Program-made: the position numbers and the translations under genes | The notes under the pieces: model-generated | Databases searched by the model: none | Told to the model about the DNA's origin: nothing | The model's input: only the letters and a program-made list of their open reading frames with translations | Virus record (IMG/VR): IMGVR_UViG_3300006922_000005 | From: a virus | Taxonomy: Duplodnaviria > Caudoviricetes | DNA length: 64,000 bases | Direction: 5' to 3' (one strand) | Shown here: positions 47,848-58,600 of the stretch, one piece after another | Position numbering within the stretch: position 1 is the stretch's first letter | Layout: each line of letters opens with the position of its first letter

Positions 47848-48376
47848 TTAAGTTTAACTCCTTGTATGCTGTCTGTACCGATAATGCTTGATAGTAACAA
47901 TCAGCCAAGGCATTGTGTGCTTCTTGTTGAATTGCTTTACGTGGATCTTTAGATAGTAAACTAAACAATGTTCTACTATCTCTTATCTGCCAAAAGTTCC
48001 ATGGTATAGGTAATCCTAATTGCTGGTACAAATTTTCTAATATAACAATATCAAAAGCAGGCCCTTGAGCCCATACTACATCAACACCAACAAGAAACTT
48101 GTTGATCTCTTTTGTCATTTGATCTAAACTAATACGTCCTTCTTCTGAAAAGGCTTCTTCTTGCACACTCTGGGTTTGCTTACCCCACCATTCGATAGTA
48201 CTTTCATCTTGTGTTCTTTTTAATTTGTCTTGCTCGTCTATGTCAAGTTTTTGATAAAGACCACTGTGTGGTTCTTCATTAGTGAAAGGGTCGAATTTGA
48301 TTGCGCCTAATGTTAGTATCACACAATCTGGTTTAGTGCCTAGAGTTTCTAGGTCTATCATTGCATGTGTTGCCAT
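47837..48376 (-). CDS. DEDD-type 3'-5' exonuclease
   Basis: [26 protein letters not shown]. Confidence 0.85.
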   Translation of the reverse strand: MATHAMIDLETLGTKPDCVILTLGAIKFDPFTNEEPHSGLYQKLDIDEQDKLKRTQDESTIEWWGKQTQSVQEEAFSEEGRISLDQMTKEINKFLVGVDVVWAQGPAFDIVILENLYQQLGLPIPWNFWQIRDSRTLFSLLSKDPRKAIQQEAHNALADCYYQALSVQTAYKELNLNAN

Positions 48377-48388
48377 TTCTATTGCCTA

Positions 48389-48655
48389 TTAGTAGTTGTT
48401 TTTATTGTCTAACAATGCACGTTGTTGCCTACGTACTGCCTGTTTTTTAGCCTTGCGTTTCTTATCGCTAGGTTTTTCATAGTACTGCTTGTCTCGAAAG
48501 TCATTAATAATTCCGCTTTCAGCAACTTTGCGTTTAAACTTACGCATGGCTTTCATAAACTCTCGTTCACCTTCGCCACGTACTACTACACTCAGGCCCG
48601 CTTCGTTGGGGTCTCTAACTTGTGCCATTGATCTTACCTTAATGTTTTTTGCCAT
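48389..48655 (-). CDS. rpsU: Ribosomal protein bS21
   Basis: VVR......KAMRKFKRKV..SGI......KQYYEKPS.KKR. Confidence 0.88.
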   Translation of the reverse strand: MAKNIKVRSMAQVRDPNEAGLSVVVRGEGEREFMKAMRKFKRKVAESGIINDFRDKQYYEKPSDKKRKAKKQAVRRQQRALLDNKNNY

Positions 48656-49892
48656 TTGTCCTTTTGTTTCTATATACCAGTAACGGTGTATCGTTATTAG
48701 TTATCGTTTCTTCTTGTATCGTTATAGTGTCCAACCCTTCTGCCGCTAAATCTTCAGCGTCATATTGATACTGTAACAGTGCCTCTTCTATAATCTTTTT
48801 AAGTCCACGAGCACCTGTCTTAAGTTCTTGTGCTTTAGAAGCAATCGCTTTAATTGCTCCTTCAGTGAACTCTAAGTTTATATTGTCTAGTCCAAACAAA
48901 TAACTATATTGTTTTACTAAACTGTTCTTAGGCTCTTTAATAATACTACATAGTTGCTCTTGTGTCAACTGATTTACGTATGTAATTAAGCCAAAACGAC
49001 CAATAAACTCTGGAATGAAACCGTACTTGATTAAGTCTTCTGGAAGTATTTGTGACAAATCTGCTTCTGCGTTTGGATCTTGTATGTCTGCACCAAACCC
49101 CATTCCGTTTTGATTTGTACGTTCTGATAGTAGTTTATCCAATCCAACAAATGCACCACCAACTACAAATAATATATCTTTTGTATCAATGTCTACCATT
49201 TCAGCACCTGGATGCTTACGTTTGTTTTGTCCTGCATTAACTCTAACTTTAGTGCCTTCAATAATCTTTAAAAGACCTTGTTGTACACCTTCTCCACTAA
49301 CATCTCTTGTAACTGAAACGTTTTGTGATTTCTTTGTAATTTTATCAATTTCGTCTACAAACACAATACCACGTTGTGCTAGTTCAATGTTTCCATCTGC
49401 TTCTGTTACTAGTCTAGTAATAATACTTTCTACATCATCACCAACGTATCCTGCTTCTGTAAGTGTTGTAGCATCACAAATAGCAAACGGTACATTAAGG
49501 AAGTCTGCAATAGTTTGTGCAATTAATGTTTTACCTGATCCTGTTGGACCCATAACCATTACGTTAGTTTTATCTAATTTAATATCGTCACTTGGATTGT
49601 TTAATTTTTTGTAGTGTTGTGCTACTGCAACACTCATTGCTAACTTTGTTTGTTCCTGTCCAATTACATGTTGATCAAGATACTCTTTAATCATCTTTGG
49701 ATTAAGTTTAGTTGTATCAAATGCTTCTTTCTTAGTATGAATACTTTTAACTTTTTCTTTAGTTAAAATAGTTACACATAAGTCAATACATTCATTACAA
49801 ATTGCACTGTCGTCACCGACAATCAATTTGGTTACTTCTTTTTTATCTTTGCCACAAAAGTGACAGTGGTGATCTTGTTGTTTATTGCTCAT
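48639..49892 (-). CDS. clpX: ClpX AAA+ unfoldase
   Basis: Zn domain CHFC...CNEC, GPTGSGKT, GYVG, VDEID, RDVSGEGVQQ, RKH, MGF loop, GARGL. Confidence 0.96.
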   Translation of the reverse strand: MSNKQQDHHCHFCGKDKKEVTKLIVGDDSAICNECIDLCVTILTKEKVKSIHTKKEAFDTTKLNPKMIKEYLDQHVIGQEQTKLAMSVAVAQHYKKLNNPSDDIKLDKTNVMVMGPTGSGKTLIAQTIADFLNVPFAICDATTLTEAGYVGDDVESIITRLVTEADGNIELAQRGIVFVDEIDKITKKSQNVSVTRDVSGEGVQQGLLKIIEGTKVRVNAGQNKRKHPGAEMVDIDTKDILFVVGGAFVGLDKLLSERTNQNGMGFGADIQDPNAEADLSQILPEDLIKYGFIPEFIGRFGLITYVNQLTQEQLCSIIKEPKNSLVKQYSYLFGLDNINLEFTEGAIKAIASKAQELKTGARGLKKIIEEALLQYQYDAEDLAAEGLDTITIQEETITNNDTPLLVYRNKRTNGKKH

Positions 49893-50274
49893 TGTATACC
49901 TTATCTAAAAAATTGTTGATGTCAGTTACATTGTTTGTACTAATCAGACTGTAAACTTCTTTCATATTTTTATCCTCTGTGTAGTAGTAAACATTGCTCT
50001 TACTTAATATGTAACTAGTATATTGTACACTAATATCACTGGTATTGTCAAGATTAATATACGTTTTAATTTCACCATTTACTTTGTTAAGTAACCAAGT
50101 AGGGTTATTTTCATTTGTATATGCATACAGGTTTATTTCTCTATCATCTTTTTGTTTGCCCAAGTAGTTACTAATCTTTTCTTTTTCAGCATCTGTAGTA
50201 TTAATTAGATTTAAAGAAAAGTTGTTGTTGTATAAGTTATCGGGCGGTGTGATCAAGTTTATTTTATTTGGCAT
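49882..50274 (-). CDS. Hypothetical protein
   Basis: Coupled ORF upstream of clpX. Confidence 0.6.
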   Translation of the reverse strand: MPNKINLITPPDNLYNNNFSLNLINTTDAEKEKISNYLGKQKDDREINLYAYTNENNPTWLLNKVNGEIKTYINLDNTSDISVQYTSYILSKSNVYYYTEDKNMKEVYSLISTNNVTDINNFLDKVYNEQ

Positions 50275-50275
50275 A

Positions 50276-52207
50276 TTAATTCTTATCTAATAATGTAGTA
50301 ATCTTATTTGCTTCAGTTTCTGTAAGGTCGTCTACTTTAATTAGTCCGTCCTTTAACCTTTCTATAAGAGATATGATATGCTTTTGACTTGCGTCTCTAT
50401 ACTGTTCTTCAGTAATTTCTAGTTCTTTAATCTTGCTAGGATCAAAACTTTGTCTTGCTTTGTTTATTTTGTTAAACACACTATTTTCATTCTGTTCTGA
50501 ATTTTGTTCAAAATCTTCTGGATTATTCTCTGCTTCTTCGTTTGCTTTCTCTACCCAACTGTTCCAGGCATCTAAGTCATCAATCTTTTCAAGTTGTTGA
50601 GTAACTGTTTGTTGTGATTCCTTTGATGCTTGATCCGGCCATTGCCCTTTGTCTTTCATATCGTCAATAGTATCATCAACGTCATTTACTTTTTCGTCAG
50701 CATAGAAAAATGGATTTATTGTTTTAGTATACTTTTTCTTAGTGTCTGTATCAAAATTAATTTCTATTTGATTAGGATCGACAGTTTTCTGCGGATTAAT
50801 TTCTTCTTGTTCAACAGTTTTCTGCGGTTCAGGATCTATGTCTTCCCAAAGGAGGTATTGGTCAGTCTTTTTTTTAGATACTACGGACTCTTTCTTTTCT
50901 TCTGTGTCCGGGGGAATGTTGGCATCAATTGCTTTAGCACGATCAAACTCATAGTTTTGTCTGTGTGCTTCGTCCCACTCTTCTTGTGTAACTGTTGGAG
51001 TGTTATCCGGATCGTTGTCCGGATCGTGCTTTGGGGGCAAACTACCTCCCGTATTTCTCCAATGGAATGTATATTGCGATGCAATTAGTAATAGTACTGC
51101 TAGTGGATCAAATACAAATATAATTATAATAATAACCCAACGTACTGCTTCTTCTAACATATTTTGTGTAGCATTTTCGCCATAAACAAATTCTGCAATA
51201 TATTTGATAGGACCTACTTCTGCTTCAAGTTTTCTGTACTCACCTTCAAGTGCATACTTCTCATCTGTTAGTGTATCTATTTCTGTGTTAGCATTTTTAA
51301 TTCTTAAGTTTTGTGCATCTACTTGTGCGTCAATGTCTGCTGTCTTATCAGTATCGCCTAGTTGATTACGTAAACGATTAATAAGAGCATTTGAATCTTT
51401 TATTTGTTGTTCTACAGTAGTACGTAGACGTTTAATTTCCTCTGCGGCCGCTTTTGCTTGAGGATTGTTACTAGCACGTTCAATCTTATCAATAAGTTCG
51501 TTTCGTTCTTTTGCTTTTGCTTCTTGCCAGTCACCAATCTTGTCAGCAGTCTTTTTACCAAAGATACCGTCAGCACTAGCACCAATCATTTGTTGTGCTT
51601 TTTTAGTATCGCCACTATCGATGTAACCTTGTAGAGTTTCCATCTCAGCATCTATTTTAGCAAGTTCATTTTTATATAGTGTTGCTTGGCTATCAATAAT
51701 TTTTTGTTGTTCATCAATAGCAGGTTGTACTCTAACATATGCTTTGTCAATACGTTCTTGTTCAGCATCTATTTGTGCTTGTATGTTAGCATCGCCACCA
51801 ACTGTACTTGTTTCTAATTTTTTAATTTTTTCTTCAGCACGAACAATAATATCTTGTTGTCTTTCAATCTCACCTGTAAGACGTTCTACTTGTGCAACAC
51901 TTTCTTCGCCTGCACTTGTTTGTTCAATATGTGCTTTAGATAAGAATCCAAATATACCCATGCTTGTAATAAACATGAGAACAATTACTGCGGTTGTGAG
52001 ATATGTTTTAAGCCACCATGTTGCTTGTTGCCAATACTTGTGTAACCATACTGCGGTAACAAGTTTACCTACTTCTAATGCAGTACCCATAATAATAATG
52101 GGAATTGCCGCCGCGGCAAAAATAGCCACTAGACCTGCAATGGAATAGTATATAGCCACTGCCGAAATTGTTAAGGCAGATAAAAGTGTAAGTATACCGT
52201 ATAACAT
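50276..52207 (-). CDS. Membrane protein with long coiled coil and embedded peptidoglycan-binding-like motif
   Basis: N-terminal TMs, EVGKL, GASADGIFGKKT, EVGPIKYIAE, VFDPLAV, acidic tail. Confidence 0.65.
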   Translation of the reverse strand: MLYGILTLLSALTISAVAIYYSIAGLVAIFAAAAIPIIIMGTALEVGKLVTAVWLHKYWQQATWWLKTYLTTAVIVLMFITSMGIFGFLSKAHIEQTSAGEESVAQVERLTGEIERQQDIIVRAEEKIKKLETSTVGGDANIQAQIDAEQERIDKAYVRVQPAIDEQQKIIDSQATLYKNELAKIDAEMETLQGYIDSGDTKKAQQMIGASADGIFGKKTADKIGDWQEAKAKERNELIDKIERASNNPQAKAAAEEIKRLRTTVEQQIKDSNALINRLRNQLGDTDKTADIDAQVDAQNLRIKNANTEIDTLTDEKYALEGEYRKLEAEVGPIKYIAEFVYGENATQNMLEEAVRWVIIIIIFVFDPLAVLLLIASQYTFHWRNTGGSLPPKHDPDNDPDNTPTVTQEEWDEAHRQNYEFDRAKAIDANIPPDTEEKKESVVSKKKTDQYLLWEDIDPEPQKTVEQEEINPQKTVDPNQIEINFDTDTKKKYTKTINPFFYADEKVNDVDDTIDDMKDKGQWPDQASKESQQTVTQQLEKIDDLDAWNSWVEKANEEAENNPEDFEQNSEQNENSVFNKINKARQSFDPSKIKELEITEEQYRDASQKHIISLIERLKDGLIKVDDLTETEANKITTLLDKN

Positions 52208-52252
52208 AGTCTTGTATTTACCCTTATATTTGGTGTTAGTAAACCTGGTACT

Positions 52253-52687
52253 TTAATTATATGGTCTAAATGTCCAAGACTTTCCCATGTTAGTTGAACA
52301 AGCATACTCGCTCAAATTTCTAGTCTTAGTTTCATACCATACTTGACTGTTAAGCAATCTACAATACGAACCACCGTATGTTTCTGTCATAACAATTTTA
52401 ATACTACCTGATGTGTTGCTTTTAGCATCTTGCCAATTAATCGATTCGCCATCAGTCATATTGTTAATAGCAAAGTAAATTGATTGTGTATGCTTACTTG
52501 CCGCCTCTGGTGGCATACGCCACACTGTGTTTTCTATAATCCTTGTAACAGATGTCGACACACTATTACCTGTGTGATTGTACTTACTGTTTATAGACAT
52601 GTTGCTACTTACAGGACTATTATAATTGTGTGAAGAACATGCACCTAAAATTAATAGTATACTACTGAGCAATAACGTTCGGTACAT
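52253..52687 (-). CDS. Lipoprotein with 17-kDa-surface-antigen-like C-terminal domain
   Basis: Lipobox LGAC; W....SNTSG.I......YCR....V......YAC. Confidence 0.65.
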   Translation of the reverse strand: MYRTLLLSSILLILGACSSHNYNSPVSSNMSINSKYNHTGNSVSTSVTRIIENTVWRMPPEAASKHTQSIYFAINNMTDGESINWQDAKSNTSGSIKIVMTETYGGSYCRLLNSQVWYETKTRNLSEYACSTNMGKSWTFRPYN

Positions 52688-52988
52688 AAGTCCAACTCCC
52701 ATCTTGTAGTTGACAAGCCATTGTATAACTTGTAGTTAATTTTCCTGCAACAGGATAACTTTGTCTTGCCCATCCACACTTGCGGCCATCAAAGCCACTT
52801 TGTAGTGTCATTTTAGGATTAGGTTTGTCAGTACACTCTACTATCACTTCACTAGAACTAGTAGTACTATCTTTCAGTATCTTCGTACTTGATGTATGGC
52901 AATACTGTGATTGATCAACTACCATCTTAGGAGTGCTTGAGCATCCTGTCATAACTGCTAATCCAATTAGGATTACCAAGCACCTCAT
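52662..52988 (-). CDS. Cys-rich lipoprotein
   Basis: Lipobox MTGC. Confidence 0.6.
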   Translation of the reverse strand: MRCLVILIGLAVMTGCSSTPKMVVDQSQYCHTSSTKILKDSTTSSSEVIVECTDKPNPKMTLQSGFDGRKCGWARQSYPVAGKLTTSYTMACQLQDGSWTYVPNVIAQ

Positions 52989-53476
52989 TAGTCTGTTCTC
53001 TGTGACTTAGACTCTGCTACCAAACTATCAAATACATCTTTAGGCATTCTAAGTTTTACGAAAGTATATTGTTTACCTGCGTATACATAAGTTGCTCTAT
53101 CTTCTTCGATGTGTTGTGTGATTGGTGTATCTTTTACAACGTAAGAAATAAATGTATTAGTTGTCTTACTGTCGTTTTTAAACTCAAGTTCTGTTTTTGA
53201 GTTTACGTTACCGTTGATACGTTTTGCAAAATTATTCATTGCAATAGCATACATCTGCTCTTCTGCGGCTTGTTGGTAAATTGATTCACCAGCCCCACAT
53301 GCATATGCATACTCTTTAGTCCACCAAAAGTATCCTTCGGTTCCTGATTGGGCACATGACGCATACCATTTAGGTTGTGCATATGTGTCTCTTTCTGCGA
53401 TAGTTGTCATGGATGAACAAGCACCAAGTGTACTTGCAATCACTCCTGCAACTGCGATTTTAAATAAGCCTTTCAT
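52988..53476 (-). CDS. Lipoprotein (LPP20-like)
   Basis: Lipobox LGAC; P.WY, A.N..A..I pattern. Confidence 0.6.
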   Translation of the reverse strand: MKGLFKIAVAGVIASTLGACSSMTTIAERDTYAQPKWYASCAQSGTEGYFWWTKEYAYACGAGESIYQQAAEEQMYAIAMNNFAKRINGNVNSKTELEFKNDSKTTNTFISYVVKDTPITQHIEEDRATYVYAGKQYTFVKLRMPKDVFDSLVAESKSQRTD

Positions 53477-53569
53477 TATTGCCTCCTTTGTTAGCCTGTT
53501 TGTTTAGCCTATATATACATAATAACATCATTACCGGTTTTGTCAACGGTTAAGTTTACCAAAGTGAAC

Positions 53570-53806
53570 CTACCCTTGTCCTCCACCAGTTCCGACTAAT
53601 TTCATTTCCATTCCTGCCTGCATTACTACTACAGTATTATTTGGAAATAAACTCTGAAATTGTTTTTGTACTTTCATTCTATCACCTGTTGCTAACGGAA
53701 GTTTATGTTCTACAACAATAACGTCTCCTGCTTTGGGCGATACTTTTTTTACATCTCCTAGAATTTGATATGCTAGTTTGGATGTCTTTAGTGCTGGGTC
53801 AGCCAT
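53570..53806 (-). CDS. Hypothetical protein
   Basis: GAGGAG SD. Confidence 0.6.
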   Translation of the reverse strand: MADPALKTSKLAYQILGDVKKVSPKAGDVIVVEHKLPLATGDRMKVQKQFQSLFPNNTVVVMQAGMEMKLVGTGGGQG

Positions 53807-53807
53807 T

Positions 53808-54269
53808 TTAGTTTCTCCTCATTTGTGCGATCTCTGTCGCTTGTTTAGATCCTGTTGTATCATCTTCGTCCGCAAATACAGGAACAAGATTACTTTTGTG
53901 CATCATAGCAATACCTACAAGTTTGCGTTCACCTGTGTATCGCATTGATTCTTTTCTAGTAGCAGGTGCAAAACTTTCCTTTGATGCAAGACTTGGAATG
54001 TTTTCAGTTGTTCTTGTTTGTGGACCTGAATATTGCCACGGAGCACTTGATACTGCTTTTGTTTGTTTAGGCTTGTACTGCCCTTTACAGTAAGCGATAT
54101 AATCATCTAGTTGTTCAAACTGATGCTGATGAAGATGCTTTCGACGCATTTCTTTGTTATGCTGACGCCATTGCACTTCATACTTTTTAAGTTGTGCTTC
54201 TGTAACTTTTTTAGACTTACGTTTTTTTGTGTTGAGAGTAGTCAACCCTCTTGCTAGATGCATTGTCAT
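53808..54269 (-). CDS. Hypothetical basic protein
   Basis: C-terminal GIAMMHKSNLVPVF motif. Confidence 0.65.
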   Translation of the reverse strand: MTMHLARGLTTLNTKKRKSKKVTEAQLKKYEVQWRQHNKEMRRKHLHQHQFEQLDDYIAYCKGQYKPKQTKAVSSAPWQYSGPQTRTTENIPSLASKESFAPATRKESMRYTGERKLVGIAMMHKSNLVPVFADEDDTTGSKQATEIAQMRRN

Positions 54270-54289
54270 AATAGTTATTGTAACTCCAT

Positions 54290-54937
54290 TTATGGTAATT
54301 GTCTAGTTATAATTGTATCAAAAACTATGCCTGCGTATTTTGGATTTGTACTCCAAGCATCTAGTTTTTCTAACAATCTTCGGTAATCCCAATCTCCATT
54401 ATCGTATTGTTTTTCTCTTTCTCTACGAAAGTCTTTATATGCAGAATGGTTATTAATTGTATCAATCATATCCTGTACACTAGAACATTTTGTTTTATAC
54501 ACCTTTACTCCAAATCTAGCATTAGGAACTTCTAATGGTTTGAGTTGCGGTGCATCTGGATCCCATGTTCTTATTCCAAATAGATTATTGCCTTCTGTTG
54601 CAAATCTACTTGTACCCCAAGCGGATTCAATTCCTGCCATGCTTATTATAATAGCACTAGGTATTCTTTGCCTTGGTGCAGTTTTAAAATTGATATAATC
54701 AATACAAGTTTTTAAAGATGAAATAAATGATTCGTCATTATTGTATTCGAACGAAGGTTCATGTAAACCAAAACTGTGTGCAGTTTCGACTACATCTGCT
54801 TCAACTGTGTGAATGATCTTGTTCTTTACAATATCGTTAGGACGCCAAGTTCCGTATATATACGCTACACCAATAATAGTGATTACTATTGTGTATCTGA
54901 ATAATGTTGGTAAGAACTTTTTAAATTTATTTTTCAT
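54290..54937 (-). CDS. Membrane-anchored glucosaminidase (GH73/Bax-like)
   Basis: IESAWGTSRFATEGNNLFG, WSTNPKY. Confidence 0.85.
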   Translation of the reverse strand: MKNKFKKFLPTLFRYTIVITIIGVAYIYGTWRPNDIVKNKIIHTVEADVVETAHSFGLHEPSFEYNNDESFISSLKTCIDYINFKTAPRQRIPSAIIISMAGIESAWGTSRFATEGNNLFGIRTWDPDAPQLKPLEVPNARFGVKVYKTKCSSVQDMIDTINNHSAYKDFRREREKQYDNGDWDYRRLLEKLDAWSTNPKYAGIVFDTIITRQLP

Positions 54938-55121
54938 AAACTTTATCGTTGCTTAACAGTGATAGTTGATATACAAGTTGTCTTCGAACACTTCCCCAAT
55001 AGTTTAGTTGCCACCCTGTGTTTGCTGTTTCAAGCACTGTGTCAACACTTTCTATTCGTTTCATCCAAAGCGCCATACGGTCCTCCTTGGGCATTCTCCA
55101 ACAAGCCTCTTTAAACTGCAT
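54927..55121 (-). CDS. Hypothetical protein
   Basis: Coupled small ORF. Confidence 0.55.
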   Translation of the reverse strand: MQFKEACWRMPKEDRMALWMKRIESVDTVLETANTGWQLNYWGSVRRQLVYQLSLLSNDKVYEK

Positions 55122-55123
55122 TT

Positions 55124-55612
55124 TTAGTCTCCGTTAGTATGACCGTTTGTTAACTTTGCTAGTTCACTTGCTTCTTTTTGGAATCGTCTCGGTAACCCTG
55201 TCCAACGTGATACTTCACCGTCGTTATTGATTTTGAAACTACCTGCTACTGTGTAAATCTCATTGCCGTCTTTGTCTTCTGCAACAAATTTACGTACAAC
55301 GCCGTTGATTATACCATTGCCTGTGTCTCTGCCTACTTCCCATTTATATTTGCCTGACGGTCCTTCATACACCGATTCGTTGCCCCATTCATTGCGGCAG
55401 ATCGTCTTGATGTTTTCAAGTACCTCTATACTTTTAGCCATTGTGTTTTGCCTCCTTAAGCCATTAGTTTTAATAATACCAGTTTTACCAGTATTAGTAT
55501 TATAATACACTGCTTCAGAGGTTTTGTCAATTGTAGATTTTACCAATTTTACCACTTTGTGTTCGTAATTGGATTTATTGTCCAGATTGGACGAAGATAG
55601 ATTTGCTTTCAT
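55124..55612 (-). CDS. Hypothetical protein with two in-frame starts (55612, 55441)
   Basis: AGGAG SD before 55612 and AGGAGG before 55441. Confidence 0.6.
   Translation of the reverse strand: MKANLSSSNLDNKSNYEHKVVKLVKSTIDKTSEAVYYNTNTGKTGIIKTNGLRRQNTMAKSIEVLENIKTICRNEWGNESVYEGPSGKYKWEVGRDTGNGIINGVVRKFVAEDKDGNEIYTVAGSFKINNDGEVSRWTGLPRRFQKEASELAKLTNGHTNGD
55502..55530 (-). promoter_or_regulatory. Internal sigma70-type promoter
   Basis: TTGACA-17-TATTAT. Confidence 0.65.
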
Positions 55613-55671
55613 GCCTTGATTCTCCTTTTATATGCCTTTGTGCCTAAGTTGCCTTAGTGTATGTGTATTTA

Positions 55672-58600
55672 TTATACGGGATAGTGGCCGTTAATTAAAA
55701 TTTCCATACCACTATTGGAGATATCACTAAAAGATTGTGTACTGTCCGTTCCGTTAGCGTCTACTGTGACAATGGTAAAGAATGAATTACTTTCTTCAAT
55801 TTGAGCATGTACTGTAACACCTCCACTAAATCCAGACACGTTATACAGCATAATTGGAAATCCTGTTTGTCCGCCTTGATCAGTTAAGTCAGCACATGCA
55901 AAAGGAAGACTAATTCTTATATCACCTGATGGTAATGCCTGTCCATTTGACGTTTGTAGTTTACCACTAATGAAACAACGGTTTCCTATTTTAGTGTAAC
56001 TCATTTTTTGGAAGCCTGTGGTTGTTGTTAAACTTCCGCTTGATGATCCTGTAATTGTATAATCATGCAATCCTTCTGCATATGTATCAAGTTGTGCAGT
56101 TGCTACTTTACCTGTACCACCATCAATGATCATTGTAGAATCATCTGCAAACACGCTACCTCTTACGTCACCTTTAAGTGTTCCGTTAAGTGTACCATGT
56201 AATTGTCCTGTTAAGCCGTCAAGTACTAGAGTAGAGTTATCACTAAACACACTACCAGTAAAGTTACCAAGTATAGAATCACCTGCTTTATAGTAACCTG
56301 AATCATTTGTAAGAACACTTATGTTATCACTTGCTTGTAAGAAACTTGTTCCGTCAATAGTAACAGTCGGAGTAGTTTGGTCTTGTGCGGCAGTTACCGT
56401 AATACCGTTAGTACCTAAAAATTGGAAAGTACCTTGATTGGCCATATTAAAGCCTGTTGAATCATCTCCAACAATATTAAAGTTAATTGCTTGTTCGTTC
56501 GTTAAGTACCCTGCGTCATTAGTTAATCTACTAATATTAGAACCGTCTGTTAAGTAGTCAACTAGTGAACCACTTTGTGCAATACCTTTTGTATCAAATG
56601 TAATTCTATTATATGTTCCAGGTGCTATAGGGCTGTCTGCTAGAGTAACATTGATAGATGTTGTACCCGTACCTGTTACATCGCCAAACAATGTAATTGT
56701 TTCATTGCCACCGTCGATAGTAATATTACCTTCTGCATCAGTTGTAGTTGTAATGTTACCTGTACCAGCAAACTTAATTGTTTCGTCTTTGACTACTGTT
56801 CTAACTGTACTATCATCACCTGTTACAAACAGTTGTGAAATATAGTTTGCGTCATTTACAAGTTCACTTACATTGTCACCTGTTTCTAAACCTGAGGTAA
56901 TGTAACCTGGGTTGACAAAGTTTACAGTTATGTTTCCTTCAGCATCACTTGAGGTTGTTAAGTTTGTTCCTCCAAGTATCTTAATGTTTTCACTTTGTTT
57001 AACAACACGCATTGTAGAGTCATCTGCTCCAATGCTAAACAAGTTGTTTTCAATGTTTGCAAATCTATTTGTAACTGTTGTTGCGAAGTTTCCATCGTCA
57101 TTAAGTGCCGCGGCTAATTCATTTAGAGTGTTTAATTGTTCAGGGGCACTGTCTAGTACTGCCGCTACCTTAACGTCTACTTGTGCTTGTGTATAAGCGT
57201 CTGTGATACCATAGCCTGTAAGTGTAGTTGGTGTTCCTGTAACACTACCCCAAGTAAAGTCTTGTGCTACACCTGTAATTGTAATATTGCCTTCAGCATC
57301 ACTTGCTGTTGTAATTGCAGTTCCGCCTATAACTTTAACATCTTCACCTGAACTGATTGTACGCATTGTACTATCATCTGCACCTATACGGAAATTATAT
57401 GTTGATCCTACTTGATCGGCTGTTACGTAACCTGCATTGTTTGTAAATTCTGTTATGTTTGCACCACTAGAAACAAAGTTGCTATCGTTAGTAAATGAAC
57501 TAACTGCTGTAGGTGCTCCGCTTAAAACACTGTAAGGTATTGATCCACTTACGCCGTCAACAAGTAATGTACTATCATCTGCAAATACTGAACCTTTTAA
57601 ATCTGTGTTAATTAAATTTTCTAAACTTATTGATAAAGCAAAAGCCGCCGCATCAACTTTAATTTGTCCTGTTGTTCCTAGTACTGTAAACGTATCGCCT
57701 ACGCCAATACTACCTGAACCTGTGTTACCTGCTGTTGCTATTGCTTGTTGGTATGTAGTTAATGTTGGACCTGTAATTGTAATATTGCCTTCAGCATCAC
57801 TTGCTGTTGTAATATTTGTACCACCAAGTATTTTAAAACCTTCACCTGCTTTAATGTCACGCATGGTTGAATCATCTGCACCTACATTCAATGTAAAATT
57901 ATTTGGAATATCTGCAAGTGTAACATACCCTGCATTGTTTGTCCATTGAGTAATGTTACCTGATTTGTTTACTAGTGTGTCTGATGAACTTGCAGTAATA
58001 AATCCTGTGTCGTTTGTAAGGTCTGAAACGTTAGCAGGTCCTGTAATAGTAAGTGCACCAGTACCTGTGTTAACACTTGTTGAAATACTATTAGCACCTA
58101 AAACTTGTATTGTTGTATCTGTTGTAACTTGATAACTTGCAGAGGCATCGTCAGCAATATTCCATTTGTATGTTCCTGCTAGACTTGGTTTATTAGTTAA
58201 GTCTGCATAGTCACCTGATGTTGCTACTGTTGCGAATGCAGTGTTAACAGCACTTGTAACTAGTCCTTTAGCATTTACTGTTACAGTATTAAATGTTCCA
58301 ACGTTGGAGTTTACTGTGTCAAGAGTAAGTGTAACTGTACTTGCGTTTGCGGCAATGGCTCCACCAGTGTCACCACTCATGTCTCCGTCAAATGTAATGT
58401 TTGGTCTGCCTGTTAAATCTCCGTATCCACCACTAGTTGCTACTGCGGCAAATCCTGCTTCTGTAATTGTTTGATTAATCCAAGCACCTGTACTTGTATC
58501 ATATTGTAATAATTCATTGTCAGCAATACTTGTTATATTAACATTTTGAAGTGTACCTAAATCGTCTCCACTTACATCAGTTATAAAAGCCGATGTTGCA

